Below are positions 1 to 8,332 of a DNA stretch of 64,000 nt, piece after piece. Source of the stretch: Thermoplasmata archaeon (GTDB taxonomy: Archaea > Thermoplasmatota > Thermoplasmata > Lutacidiplasmatales > UBA184); the NCBI GenBank assembly GCA_052325545.1, contig JBKQUP010000013.1, positions 7,692 to 71,691 of the forward strand, in the 5' to 3' direction. Made by a program: the position numbers and the translations under genes. The notes below the pieces were generated by a model. The model saw only the letters and a list, made by a program, of their open reading frames with translations, made no database searches and had not been told where the DNA came from. Each line of letters opens with the position of its first letter. The first letter of the stretch is position 1.

Positions 1-1157
1 TGGGCCGTCAGCAGGAGCAGGATTCCGTCGACGTTCTCGTCCTCGAGGCACGCCTCGAGCGCGACCCGGTAGCGATCGGGCCCCGCGTCGCCGATCAGGT
101 CGACCGGGTTCCCATGGCTCCAGAACGCCGGGAGCGCCTTGTTGAGCCGCTCCATCGTTTTCGGGCTGAGCTCGGCCAGCTTCCCGCCCCGGGCGAGGAG
201 GGCGTCGGTCGTCATGATCCCCGGCCCGCCCGCGTTCGTGATGATCGCGAGCCTCGGCCCTACGGGAAGCGGCTGGGTGCTCAGGACCTCGGCCGCGTTG
301 AACAGGTCATCGATCTCCTCGACCCGAACGATCCCGGCTCGCTTGAACGCGGCGTCGTAGATGTCGTCCTCGCCCGACAGCGAGCCCGTGTGGGAGGCCA
401 CCGCCCGAGCGCTTTCGCGGAACCGACCCGCCTTGACGACCACGATCGGCTTCGACCGGGCGAAGTGCCGGGCCGCGCTCATGAACCGACGGGCGTTGGT
501 GACCCCCTCGATGTACATCAGAATGCTTCGGGTCTGTGGGTCGCTGCCGAAGTAGTCGATGAGGTCGCCGAAGTCGACGTCGATCATGGACCCGACGGAG
601 ACGAAGGTCGAGAACCCGACGTTCTCGTGGATCGCCGTATCGAGAATCGCGGAACCCAGCGCCCCGCTCTGGGAAAGGAACGCCACGGTTCCCGGTTTCG
701 GGACCTTCGAGAGGAAGGTCCCGTTGAGGCGCGTGGAGGGTCGAATAATCCCGAGGCAGTTCGGGCCCACGATCCGGATGCCGTACTGGGCGGCGACCGC
801 GAGGATCTCGTCCTCGAGGGCCTTCCCCGCCGGTCCGGTTTCCTTGAACCCGGCCGAGAGGATGACGACCCCCTTCACGCCGGCCTTGCCGCACTCCTCG
901 ACCAGCCCGCATACCGTCTTCGCCGGAGTGGCGATGATCGCAAGGTCGACCGTCTCCGGTACCGCTCCCACGGTCGGGTATGCCTTGACCCCGAGGATCT
1001 CGGACTTGTGGTTGTTGACGAAGTAGAACTTGCCCTCGAACACGCCTCTCGAGAAGTTGGCCGAGACCGCGTGGCCCACCGACCCTTCCGTGTCGGTCGC
1101 GCCGAGGATGGCCACGACCCGGGGTTTGAAGATCTTGTCGAGATTGAACGTCCCCAC
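1..1157 (-). CDS. ADP-forming acetyl-CoA synthetase (acetate--CoA ligase, ADP-forming), N-terminal part. The gene continues past the left edge of the window.
   Basis: This frame is absent from the ORF track because it has no stop inside the window. My minus-strand translation from GTG at 1157 reads VGTFNLDKIFKPRVVAILGATDTEGSVGHAV..VDLAIIATPA..GPNCLGIIRP..FLSQSGALGSAILD..VASHTGSLSGEDDIYDAAFKRAGI..ITNAGGPGIMTTD. These are the typical CoA-binding plus succinyl-CoA-synthetase-like domains of ACD enzymes. A purine-rich GGAGACGAGGAGAGG tract lies just upstream of the GTG. An alternative TTG start exists at 1205. Confidence 0.8.
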   Translation of the reverse strand, partial: MGTFNLDKIFKPRVVAILGATDTEGSVGHAVSANFSRGVFEGKFYFVNNHKSEILGVKAYPTVGAVPETVDLAIIATPAKTVCGLVEECGKAGVKGVVILSAGFKETGPAGKALEDEILAVAAQYGIRIVGPNCLGIIRPSTRLNGTFLSKVPKPGTVAFLSQSGALGSAILDTAIHENVGFSTFVSVGSMIDVDFGDLIDYFGSDPQTRSILMYIEGVTNARRFMSAARHFARSKPIVVVKAGRFRESARAVASHTGSLSGEDDIYDAAFKRAGIVRVEEIDDLFNAAEVLSTQPLPVGPRLAIITNAGGPGIMTTDALLARGGKLAELSPKTMERLNKALPAFWSHGNPVDLIGDAGPDRYRVALEACLEDENVDGILLLLTA

Positions 1158-1503
1158 CGGTCCTCTCCTCGTCTCCTTCTGGTGAGTGTGGATCCCGTCT
1201 CCCAACGAGCCTGTGCCCGACGTGGGAGACGGCCGAAATCACCCTTCGGCGCTATTACAGACTTGCGGCTCCTCAAAAAGAGGTTCGTTCTCCCGACTCG
1301 ACGGTGGGACGAACGAGGTCCGCCCGGGTCAGCCGCCTCTCTTCGGGGAACGGGGGTCGGAAGGTCTCCGGGTCCTGCCGCAATCGTGCGGAACCTCCGA
1401 GCCCGGCGCCGACCGACCGCGTTCCGCTCTCGCGTGTCCACTAGGTCGTCATCGGGGTCTCCCTGCGGTTTTAAGCGGGCGGGCGACCTCACGATGCAGG
1501 ACC

Positions 1504-1680
1504 ATGCCGAAGGTAATGATAGTGGCCAACGAGAACGGCCCGAACTTGGTGATGGTGGACGGAAAGGTCGTCGCAGCACTCTGCCGGTGTGGGCACTCCG
1601 CGAAGAAGCCCTTCTGCGACGGATCTCATCATCAGGCAGGCTTCCGGGCCGTGAAGGCCGAGGTCAAGATCTTCGAGTGA
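1504..1680 (+). CDS. CDGSH-type iron-sulfur domain protein (58 aa)
   Basis: MPKVMIVANENGPNLVMVDGKVVAALCRCGHSAKKPFCDGSHHQAGF contains the C-x-C-x2-S-x3-P-x-CDGSH signature. The in-frame upstream part of track ORF 1186..1680 looks non-coding. Confidence 0.8.
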   Translation: MPKVMIVANENGPNLVMVDGKVVAALCRCGHSAKKPFCDGSHHQAGFRAVKAEVKIFE

Positions 1681-1758
1681 AGGCAGCGCTGTCGGCTCAC
1701 CGGCGCTGTTTCCCCCCCGGGAACCGAGATTGAGCGAGGGAGGCGCTCTCGAGAGTCC

Positions 1759-2229
1759 ATGAGGATCGACCAAGACTTCCCGACCACCGGAACCCAGGCG
1801 AAGGCCCTCATCGTCGGTTTAGTGGTCATGGCCGCGTTCGGCGCCGCCTTGTTCGGGGGCGCGATCCCGGGCCTGAAGCCCAACTACTCCGAGCCGAGCA
1901 CGCTCATGCTCGACGGGGAGCCCTACTACTTCACCGGGGTTTCCCTGACGTTCCCCGCCTTCCTGCTCAACTACAGCCTTCCGGAGTCCTACGCGTTCCA
2001 CAACGTCACGTTCACGCTGTGGGTCTCGAATTGGAACTCGTTCGCCGGCGGACTCGTCCACGGGAACGGCACGGAACCGAACGGGACCGTCTACCCCTTC
2101 GTCCTGGGCGAATCCACTACCCCACCGGTGAACGCCACATTCTACCTGTCCCCGGACCGGGTGTTCGCGGTCTACTGGCCCGGGGGCTTGCTGGGCGGAA
2201 ACTCGGTGCGGCTGATGGTCCACGTTTGA
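1759..2229 (+). CDS. Hypothetical N-terminally membrane-anchored, probably extracellular protein
   Basis: The N-terminus carries a hydrophobic helix (ALIVGLVVMAAFGAALFGGAI). It is followed by a beta-rich domain with several N-x-S/T sequons (NYS, NVT, NGT, NAT). No family was recognised. Confidence 0.5.
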   Translation: MRIDQDFPTTGTQAKALIVGLVVMAAFGAALFGGAIPGLKPNYSEPSTLMLDGEPYYFTGVSLTFPAFLLNYSLPESYAFHNVTFTLWVSNWNSFAGGLVHGNGTEPNGTVYPFVLGESTTPPVNATFYLSPDRVFAVYWPGGLLGGNSVRLMVHV

Positions 2230-2568
2230 TTGCCCGTGTTTCCCGCCCAACCCCCGCGTTCGAGACGGGACAGAGCCCCGCCCTCCGGCTCTGCTCAGGA
2301 AGGTGGCGGGAGCACGTCCGGCGCGGGAGCGAGCCCTCGGACGGAGGGCATTGGCGTTGGAGAAACATCTAATCCCGAAGCGACCTACCGGGGACGGACG
2401 CAACTCCTGGTGTCTCGGACCTCGCGGCCCGCACCGGGATGAGGTGAGATGCCGAAGGTGCATGCCGCCCCGGTCGGGACGCCGATACGGAATCGCGCTT
2501 CCGGGCGACGCAAGATGGTCAGTCGCCCCGGCGGACGCCGACCGAAACCCATCCGGGACCACCGACGG

Positions 2569-3183
2569 ATGGAGGAGGCGGCGTGGTCCCGCGCCGATGC
2601 GATGGCCGTCCTCGATTCGCCCGAACGACGCGCGAGCCAGGACCCGGACCAACTCTGGCGCCGGCTGGGACTGAAGCCGGGGGAGACCGTGGTCGACGTG
2701 GGGGCCGGGTCGGGCTTCTATGCATTTCCCGCGGCCGCGGTGGTCGGGCCGAGCGGTCGCGTGTACGCGGTCGATGTTTCCCCCGAGCTCGTGGAGTTGG
2801 TCCGGGAGAGAGCGGCGAACCGAAAGGTCCGGAACGTCGAATCCGTCCTTTCGACCCCAAAGCGCATCCCGATCGAGGATGCGGTGGCCGACGTGGCGAT
2901 CCTCGCGAACGTCCTCCACGGGATCCCGCCGAAGACGGTGGATGAGACCATCCGCCTGCTCCGGCCCGGAGGGCGCCTCGTGGACGTCGATTGGAAGAAG
3001 GAGCCCACCCCGGAAGGACCCGCCGTGCGCCATCGCCTCACCGCCGCCGAGGCTTCGGCGACCCTTTCGGCCCACGGGTTGACCCCGGTCGATTCCTTCG
3101 AGCTCGGTCCGTACCACTACGTCCTGGTCTTCGAACGTCCCCGGCCTCCCCGGCTTCCCGGTCATCTCGTCTCCGCGGAGTGA
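2569..3183 (+). CDS. Class I SAM-dependent methyltransferase
   Basis: The SAM-binding motif I is present (VVDVGAGSGFYA), followed by VYAVDVS and LRPGGRLV. The start was chosen at ATG 2569 (MEEAAW). The track ORF begins at 2449 with an Arg-rich, low-complexity extension. Confidence 0.75.
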   Translation: MEEAAWSRADAMAVLDSPERRASQDPDQLWRRLGLKPGETVVDVGAGSGFYAFPAAAVVGPSGRVYAVDVSPELVELVRERAANRKVRNVESVLSTPKRIPIEDAVADVAILANVLHGIPPKTVDETIRLLRPGGRLVDVDWKKEPTPEGPAVRHRLTAAEASATLSAHGLTPVDSFELGPYHYVLVFERPRPPRLPGHLVSAE

Positions 3184-3248
3184 GCAGGTCCGCCATGTCA
3201 CCTCGGTTTGACGGCTCGTTCTTCCACGAGGGGAACTAGGTCGGGGCG

Positions 3249-3671
3249 ATGCAGGCGGTCGCGACGTGGAGGAAGGGACACGAGATCCTCCTTGAGGACG
3301 GCCGTACGCATTCGGTGGTCGTCGACCTCTCCCCGGTCGAGGGGGGGACGAGCGCCGGAACGACCCCGCTAGAGCTTTCGCTGCTCGCGCTCGCCGGGAG
3401 CCTTGCATCGACGTTCGTCGCGCTCGCGCGGAAGCGACACCTGGACTTCTCGGGACTCACGCTGGTGCTCGAAGGCGACGCGCCGTCCCCCTCGGCGGCC
3501 ATCGGAGGGGTCCACGGGACCCTGCGATTGCGCAGCCGCGCGGACCGAACCGAAGTGGAAACCACGTTGCGCACCGCGGTCGAAATCTGCCCGGTCGGTC
3601 GGATCTTCCGCGAAGCGCACGTGCCGGTCGCCGTGATCGCGGTCGTAGCGCCGACCGCCCGCGCACCCTAG
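3249..3671 (+). CDS. OsmC/Ohr family protein
   Basis: The length is 140 aa. The motifs GTTPLELSLLALAGSLASTF and EICPVGRIF are typical of OsmC-like peroxiredoxin folds. Confidence 0.7.
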   Translation: MQAVATWRKGHEILLEDGRTHSVVVDLSPVEGGTSAGTTPLELSLLALAGSLASTFVALARKRHLDFSGLTLVLEGDAPSPSAAIGGVHGTLRLRSRADRTEVETTLRTAVEICPVGRIFREAHVPVAVIAVVAPTARAP

Positions 3672-3710
3672 AAGACCCGTAGCTTTCCGACCCGCCCGGG
3701 GTCGAGGCCC

Positions 3711-4268
3711 TCAATGGACGAGAGCTCGCACGAGGTCGTTGCGGGTGACGATTCCCACGAGACGGTCCCCCCGCACCACCGGGATGCGGTTGATCCGGTT
3801 CTCGCCCATCACCTCGGCGGCGAGCTCGAGCGACGCATCGGAGGCGATGGAGATCGGCGGGCTCGACATCGCGTCGCGAACGTTCGTTTCTTCGAGGATC
3901 CGACGAAGGACCTGGACGCTCACCCCGGTTTCGGAGGAGAGACCGAACATCAGCAGGTCGAAGAGTCCGGTCACCTCGGGAATGCCGCCCGCACTTTTCA
4001 GGGTCCGCGCGACGTCCCGCTGGCTGAGAACCCCCACGAGCTTCCCGAACTCGTCCACAACCGGGAGCCCGGAGACCTTCTGACCCCTCATCAGGACGAG
4101 CGCGTCGAGGAGGGTGGCGTCGGGTCCGACCGTGACCGGGCGTCGGCTCATCACGTCGCGGACGCTGACGTTGATGACGAACGAGCTGGCGGTGGGGGGA
4201 TGGGAGCGGCCCGGCGAACGCCCGCGGGTCGAGGACGTTTTGCCCGTCGGACGAGCGGGAGAGGGCAC
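3711..4268 (-). CDS. CBS domain pair protein
   Basis: Two CBS repeats are present: VRDVMSRRPVTVGPDATLLDALVLMRGQKVSGLPVVDEFGKLVGVLSQRDV and VRDAMSSPPISIASDASLELAAEVMGENRINRIPVVRGDRLVGIVTRNDL. Confidence 0.8.
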   Translation of the reverse strand: MPSPARPTGKTSSTRGRSPGRSHPPTASSFVINVSVRDVMSRRPVTVGPDATLLDALVLMRGQKVSGLPVVDEFGKLVGVLSQRDVARTLKSAGGIPEVTGLFDLLMFGLSSETGVSVQVLRRILEETNVRDAMSSPPISIASDASLELAAEVMGENRINRIPVVRGDRLVGIVTRNDLVRALVH

Positions 4269-4476
4269 GGGGGGTACTATCCGCCGGAGAGGTATTTAGG
4301 GGATGCTATCCGGGGGAGGAGCATTTCCTCGCTCGTCAGGAGTCGCTCCCGAGGCCCGACCGACCCGACCCGTCGTTCCTTCGACGGCACCGTCCCCGGT
4401 GACTCGGGAGGGGCATCGCTCGCGGACCTACGACGCGCGTTCGAAAGCGCCGGCCCCGACCGGGGGTGCCCCGCGC

Positions 4477-5157
4477 TCAACGGCCGGGGGTCACGGGCGG
4501 CGTCCGCGACCGCTCGAGGAGGCGCCGGACCTCCTCGTCGCTCACCTGCGCGAACCGATGATACCACTCCCCAACGGCGAAGAACGTCGCGGGGACGAGG
4601 AGCACGACGATGTCGTCGACCTCGGGTCGAAGACTCTCGACGGTATCGGGTGGGGCAACGCCCAGCGCGAGGACGACCCGGCGCGGCTCGCGAGAGCGGA
4701 TCGCGTGCAGGGCCGCGAGGACGGTCCCCCCCGTGGCCACACCGTCGTCGACCAGAATGACCGTGCGGTTCCGGAGGTCGACCGGAGGGTGCCCGGCGCG
4801 GTACTCTCGGGCGCGTCGGTCGACCTCGGCCGCCTCGCGGGCGATCGTGGGCCCCAGGTCCCGTAGGGTATGCCCGGCGGCGCGGATACGGGGCTCGTCG
4901 AGGTAGCGAGTCCCACCCTCGACCACCGCGCCGAGCCCGTACTCCGGGTTCGCCGGAGCGCCGACCTTCCGAACGATCAGCACGTCCAGCGGCGCCCCGA
5001 GGCGGACAGCGATCTCGAACGCGACCGGAACGCCCCCGCGGGGGAGGGCGAGCACGACGGGGTCCTGGTCCCGGTAGGAAAGCAGGCGCTCGGCGAGGCG
5101 CTCTCCGGCCGTCTGACGGTCTGGGAGAGGCACCGGCCGGCCTCCCGGCTCGGTCAT
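4477..5157 (-). CDS. Phosphoribosyltransferase family protein (type I PRTase fold)
   Basis: The PRPP-binding loop VILVDDGVATGGT is present, along with the N-terminal VVLALPRGGVPVA motif. Confidence 0.75.
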   Translation of the reverse strand: MTEPGGRPVPLPDRQTAGERLAERLLSYRDQDPVVLALPRGGVPVAFEIAVRLGAPLDVLIVRKVGAPANPEYGLGAVVEGGTRYLDEPRIRAAGHTLRDLGPTIAREAAEVDRRAREYRAGHPPVDLRNRTVILVDDGVATGGTVLAALHAIRSREPRRVVLALGVAPPDTVESLRPEVDDIVVLLVPATFFAVGEWYHRFAQVSDEEVRRLLERSRTPPVTPGR

Positions 5158-5250
5158 GGCCCACTCCTCCGAGGCAAAGCGCGGCTCCGATTAAATCCCC
5201 GGTTGACGCGGGTTACTCCCTGAGGGTCGGCAGCGGGGTACGGTCCGGGT

Positions 5251-5790
5251 TCATATCGACTCGAGCTTCGACTCTCGGGCCATGAACCGGTTCGCGTCTT
5301 CGGCCGCCGGCGGGCCGGCGTCGGCGTTCGGCCCGAGACGCCGACGGTCGATCTGGACCACTCGATTGTGGAGCCACTCGAACTCGTGAAAGATGAGCGG
5401 GTCGTTCATCGATTTCCTCAGGTCCCCGATCATGTCCACCGGGTTCCGCAGGGCCCAGTAGTAGGCCGTGACCCAGCCTCCGAATGCCTCCCAGACCAGG
5501 TCGTCGTGGAGCACCTTGCGGTGCGTGAGCGTTCCGACGAGCTCGAAGAACGTGATGACCTCGAGGTTCGAGATGTCCTGATGCGCCTGCTTGAGGATGC
5601 GTTCGCTCAGGTGCCGGCGGGCGGCCCGCATCCGCGGGCTGTCGAACCGCTCCCTGAGGTTCATCACCGCGTTGGCTGAGTTCAGTTTCTGCGCCTGCAG
5701 CGTCTGCCAGAGCATCAGAAGGAGAGTGCCCGCGACCAGGACCCAGGTCCCGACGAGCGACCAGACAGCGATGTTGAACCAATCGATCAT
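5251..5790 (-). CDS. Hypothetical membrane-anchored helical protein (possibly DUF4760-like)
   Basis: One N-terminal TM helix (IAVWSLVGTWVLVAGTLLLML) is followed by an all-helical region (VITFFELVGTLTHRKVL..AFGGWVTAYYWAL). The family assignment is from memory only. Confidence 0.5.
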   Translation of the reverse strand: MIDWFNIAVWSLVGTWVLVAGTLLLMLWQTLQAQKLNSANAVMNLRERFDSPRMRAARRHLSERILKQAHQDISNLEVITFFELVGTLTHRKVLHDDLVWEAFGGWVTAYYWALRNPVDMIGDLRKSMNDPLIFHEFEWLHNRVVQIDRRRLGPNADAGPPAAEDANRFMARESKLESI

Positions 5791-5949
5791 CGACCGACCC
5801 CCCCGAGCTCCTTTGCGGCGGCTTCCTCCGAGCGACCGTGGCCAAGAGCTTTTGGGGTCGCCTCGACGACTCGTTTAGGGGGAGGCCGCGACCCCGGGCG
5901 ACGCGAACGCGGTGGAATTGCCTAGGGGTGGACCGCGGTCGTCGCGGTC

Positions 5950-6501
5950 CTACGCGTCGCCGTACCGGGGGTTCCGGCCCGGATGCTCGTCCCGCGCGAA
6001 CGCGGCCTCGGCCTCGACCTGCTTCGCTTCCATCTCTTCGCGCGGCATCTTGACCCGCATGGAGAGGGTCCAGTGGTGCCCGAACGGGTCGAGGAGCTTG
6101 CCGTACCGCTCGCCCCAGTACTGGTTCTCGAGCGGCATGCTGACCTTGGCCCCCGCAGCCACGGCCCGGTCCCACAGTGCGTCGACGTTCTCCGAGTAGA
6201 TGTGGAGCGTGACGGTCGTGGTCCCGATCGAGGAGGGGGCGGCCGTTTCGGAATCGGGGAAGATGTCGGAGACGAAGACCATCGAGTCTCCGATCCGCAG
6301 CTGACCGTGGATCAGTTTTCCGTTCGGGGTGACGCGTCGGACGACCTCGTGCGCGCCGAACGCCTTCTTGTAGAACTCGATCGCGGCGAGGCCTCCCATG
6401 ACCGAGAGGTACGCCGTGACCGTTCCGAATCCCGGAGGGATCGGCGAGGGGTCGTCGGGTCGCTTCGAACGCGCCTTGGCTTTCTGCTTCGAAGGAGGCA
6501 T
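5950..6501 (-). CDS. VOC/glyoxalase-bleomycin-resistance family protein (PhnB-like)
   Basis: AIEFYKKAFGA..HGQLRIGDSMVFVSD..LENQYWGERYGKLLDPFGHHWTL is typical of PhnB-like VOC proteins. A basic N-terminal extension is present. Confidence 0.7.
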   Translation of the reverse strand: MPPSKQKAKARSKRPDDPSPIPPGFGTVTAYLSVMGGLAAIEFYKKAFGAHEVVRRVTPNGKLIHGQLRIGDSMVFVSDIFPDSETAAPSSIGTTTVTLHIYSENVDALWDRAVAAGAKVSMPLENQYWGERYGKLLDPFGHHWTLSMRVKMPREEMEAKQVEAEAAFARDEHPGRNPRYGDA

Positions 6502-6603
6502 AGAGGGTCGCTTGCGGGACGGTGTGCCCCTACATAAGTCTCCAAGCTCGACGGGCCTGCGAGCCCCTTCGGTTCCACCGGGTCCGGGACGTCCCGGAGG
6601 GGT

Positions 6604-6831
6604 CTAGCTGGAGTGGGCTTTGCGCGTGTGTTCCTGCAGCGCCGCCGTCGTACTGAAATGCTGGCGGCACAGGGAACATTTTACCGTCCGGGGATGCGCG
6701 GATTCCTCCGGGGCCTTCACGGCCGAGGCATGGGCCTCGGTGCGGTGGTCGTCGAGCGCCTCCTCGGACCGGAACGCGCGTCCGCAGTCCCGGCAGATCG
6801 CCTCGACCTCGTCGTACTCCACGTACGGCAT
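6604..6831 (-). CDS. Small protein with two C2H2 zinc fingers
   Basis: Finger 1 is C-RD-C-GRAFRSEEALDD-H-RTEA-H. Finger 2 is C-SL-C-RQHFSTTAALQE-H-TRKA-H. Both have C-x2-C-x12-H-x4-H spacing. Confidence 0.7.
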   Translation of the reverse strand: MPYVEYDEVEAICRDCGRAFRSEEALDDHRTEAHASAVKAPEESAHPRTVKCSLCRQHFSTTAALQEHTRKAHSS

Positions 6832-7088
6832 TGTCTACGAGCTTTCACCCCTTCCCGCCCGTCGTCCCACGGCGGTCCCTGGCGCTTGGGTCGGAATACC
6901 CCAATGCACTCCTGCCTATGAAGGAAGAGGGAGAGGACCCTCACGGCGAGGAACGACCCGGACCTCGGTGGCGGGTTCCTTGTCCCATCGCTCCTCGGGT
7001 CCTCCGTCGACCCCGACCCCCCGGCTCTAGGGTCCATACATAAGAGGAGTTCGTCGCTACGGATGGGAGAGCGACCCCTCGACCGTCG

Positions 7089-7763
7089 ATGACCGCACCT
7101 CACCCCCGGAAGCGACGATGGGGAACCCCGGACCTCGACCTGAGCACGGGCCTCCGGTTCGCGCTCCGACAAGATGTCCCGTTGTCCGTGGACCTGGGGC
7201 CGCGGGTACAGGCGGTCGCGCGCGCGGTTCTCGATGAGGCGGGATTCGAACGCGTCCGAAGGTCGGGTCCTTCGGGGAGGGCGATCGGGGCCCCGTTCGG
7301 GCAGGCGAGTGCCTGGGTGGGCGAGCGGGGGGTCCGACGGAGGGGAGGTACTGCCTCGAACGCCATCCCCCCCATCGTTACTCTATTCCTCGCCGGGTGT
7401 ATCCTGGGAGGGCTCGATGCCTACATACTAGGCTCCCTGCTCGCCGGAGCGCTCTGGGTGCTCGTCTCGGCGGGGGCCGCGGGGGCCTTCTGGCTCCTAT
7501 ACGGTAGGCTCTACGACAGCGACGTCGCCATGGTCACGTTCTCCGACCCGCTCTCGGGCACGCCGTCTCGCCCGGGATCGGTCTCTGTCATCTTCTGGGC
7601 CGCGCGCGTGCGGTCCCACATCCATTCGGGGGTTCGGGTCCCCACGATCGTAAGCGCGCCGATGCGGCTGGCTACGGAGGTCGGGGTCCTGTCGCGAGAG
7701 TTCCAACGAAGGATGATGTCGGAACCCGCGGGTGGGGAACCCTACCGGTCGGTCCCGTCCTAA
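7089..7763 (+). CDS. Hypothetical membrane protein
   Basis: Two central hydrophobic helices are present (IVTLFLAGCILGGLDAYILGSLLAGALWVLVSAGAAGAFWLL). No family was recognised. Third codon positions are GC-rich, consistent with coding. Confidence 0.4.
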   Translation: MTAPHPRKRRWGTPDLDLSTGLRFALRQDVPLSVDLGPRVQAVARAVLDEAGFERVRRSGPSGRAIGAPFGQASAWVGERGVRRRGGTASNAIPPIVTLFLAGCILGGLDAYILGSLLAGALWVLVSAGAAGAFWLLYGRLYDSDVAMVTFSDPLSGTPSRPGSVSVIFWAARVRSHIHSGVRVPTIVSAPMRLATEVGVLSREFQRRMMSEPAGGEPYRSVPS

Positions 7764-8185
7764 GACCGCCGCGTGGCGCGGGCCTTCCGGCGCGGCCGAG
7801 CCGGGCCGAACGCCTCCAGACAGACGCCGTTCGGGTCGTTGACGTACACGAGCCGGCTCTTCCCGTCGACGAAATCCTCGACGCGCTTTCCGCCCGCGCG
7901 CAGGGCGCGTCGGTACCAGCCGGCGACGTCCGAGACGTAGAACCCGAAGTGGTCGAACTCCGACCCCTTACGGAACGGTTCGTAGAACCGGTTCCCTTTC
8001 GGGTAGAAGTTCAGCTCGACCCGGTGGCGCGAACCCGGGAAGACCAGATGGACCCACTGGCCTCCGTGTCCCATCCGGCCCCTCGCAAGCACGCGGAACC
8101 CAAGGGCCCGGTAGAACGCGAGCGAACGACGAAGGTCGCGGACCCGGATCCCCGAGTACAGGAACTCTATCGGACGGCGTGCCAT
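7760..8185 (-). CDS. VOC/glyoxalase family protein
   Basis: Only the last 141 aa of track ORF 7760..9175 look real: MARRPIEFLYSGIRVRDLRRSLAFYRALGFRV..HLVF..ELNFYP..FDHFGFYVSDV..VNDPNGVCLEAF. The rest of that ORF is antisense to the DUF885 gene. Confidence 0.75.
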   Translation of the reverse strand: MARRPIEFLYSGIRVRDLRRSLAFYRALGFRVLARGRMGHGGQWVHLVFPGSRHRVELNFYPKGNRFYEPFRKGSEFDHFGFYVSDVAGWYRRALRAGGKRVEDFVDGKSRLVYVNDPNGVCLEAFGPARPRRKARATRRS

Positions 8186-8332
8186 GGCGGTCGGGAGCGT
8201 CCGCTGCTTATCCCTTTGTCCGTGGGGAACGGGAACATCGGTCGACGCGGGGGCACGATCGAATTTGCGTCGACTCAAATACGGGAGGGCGTTGGGACTT
8301 CGCTCTCGGCGCCCTGTTAGAGCAGGAACATC

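Noticed and set aside
114-1733. A 539-aa plus-strand ORF, with other long ORFs overlapping it
   Set aside because: Its composition is Arg/Gly/Pro/Asp-rich with no motifs. It lies antisense to a frame that translates into an unmistakable ADP-forming acetyl-CoA synthetase, so it is a GC-driven open frame.
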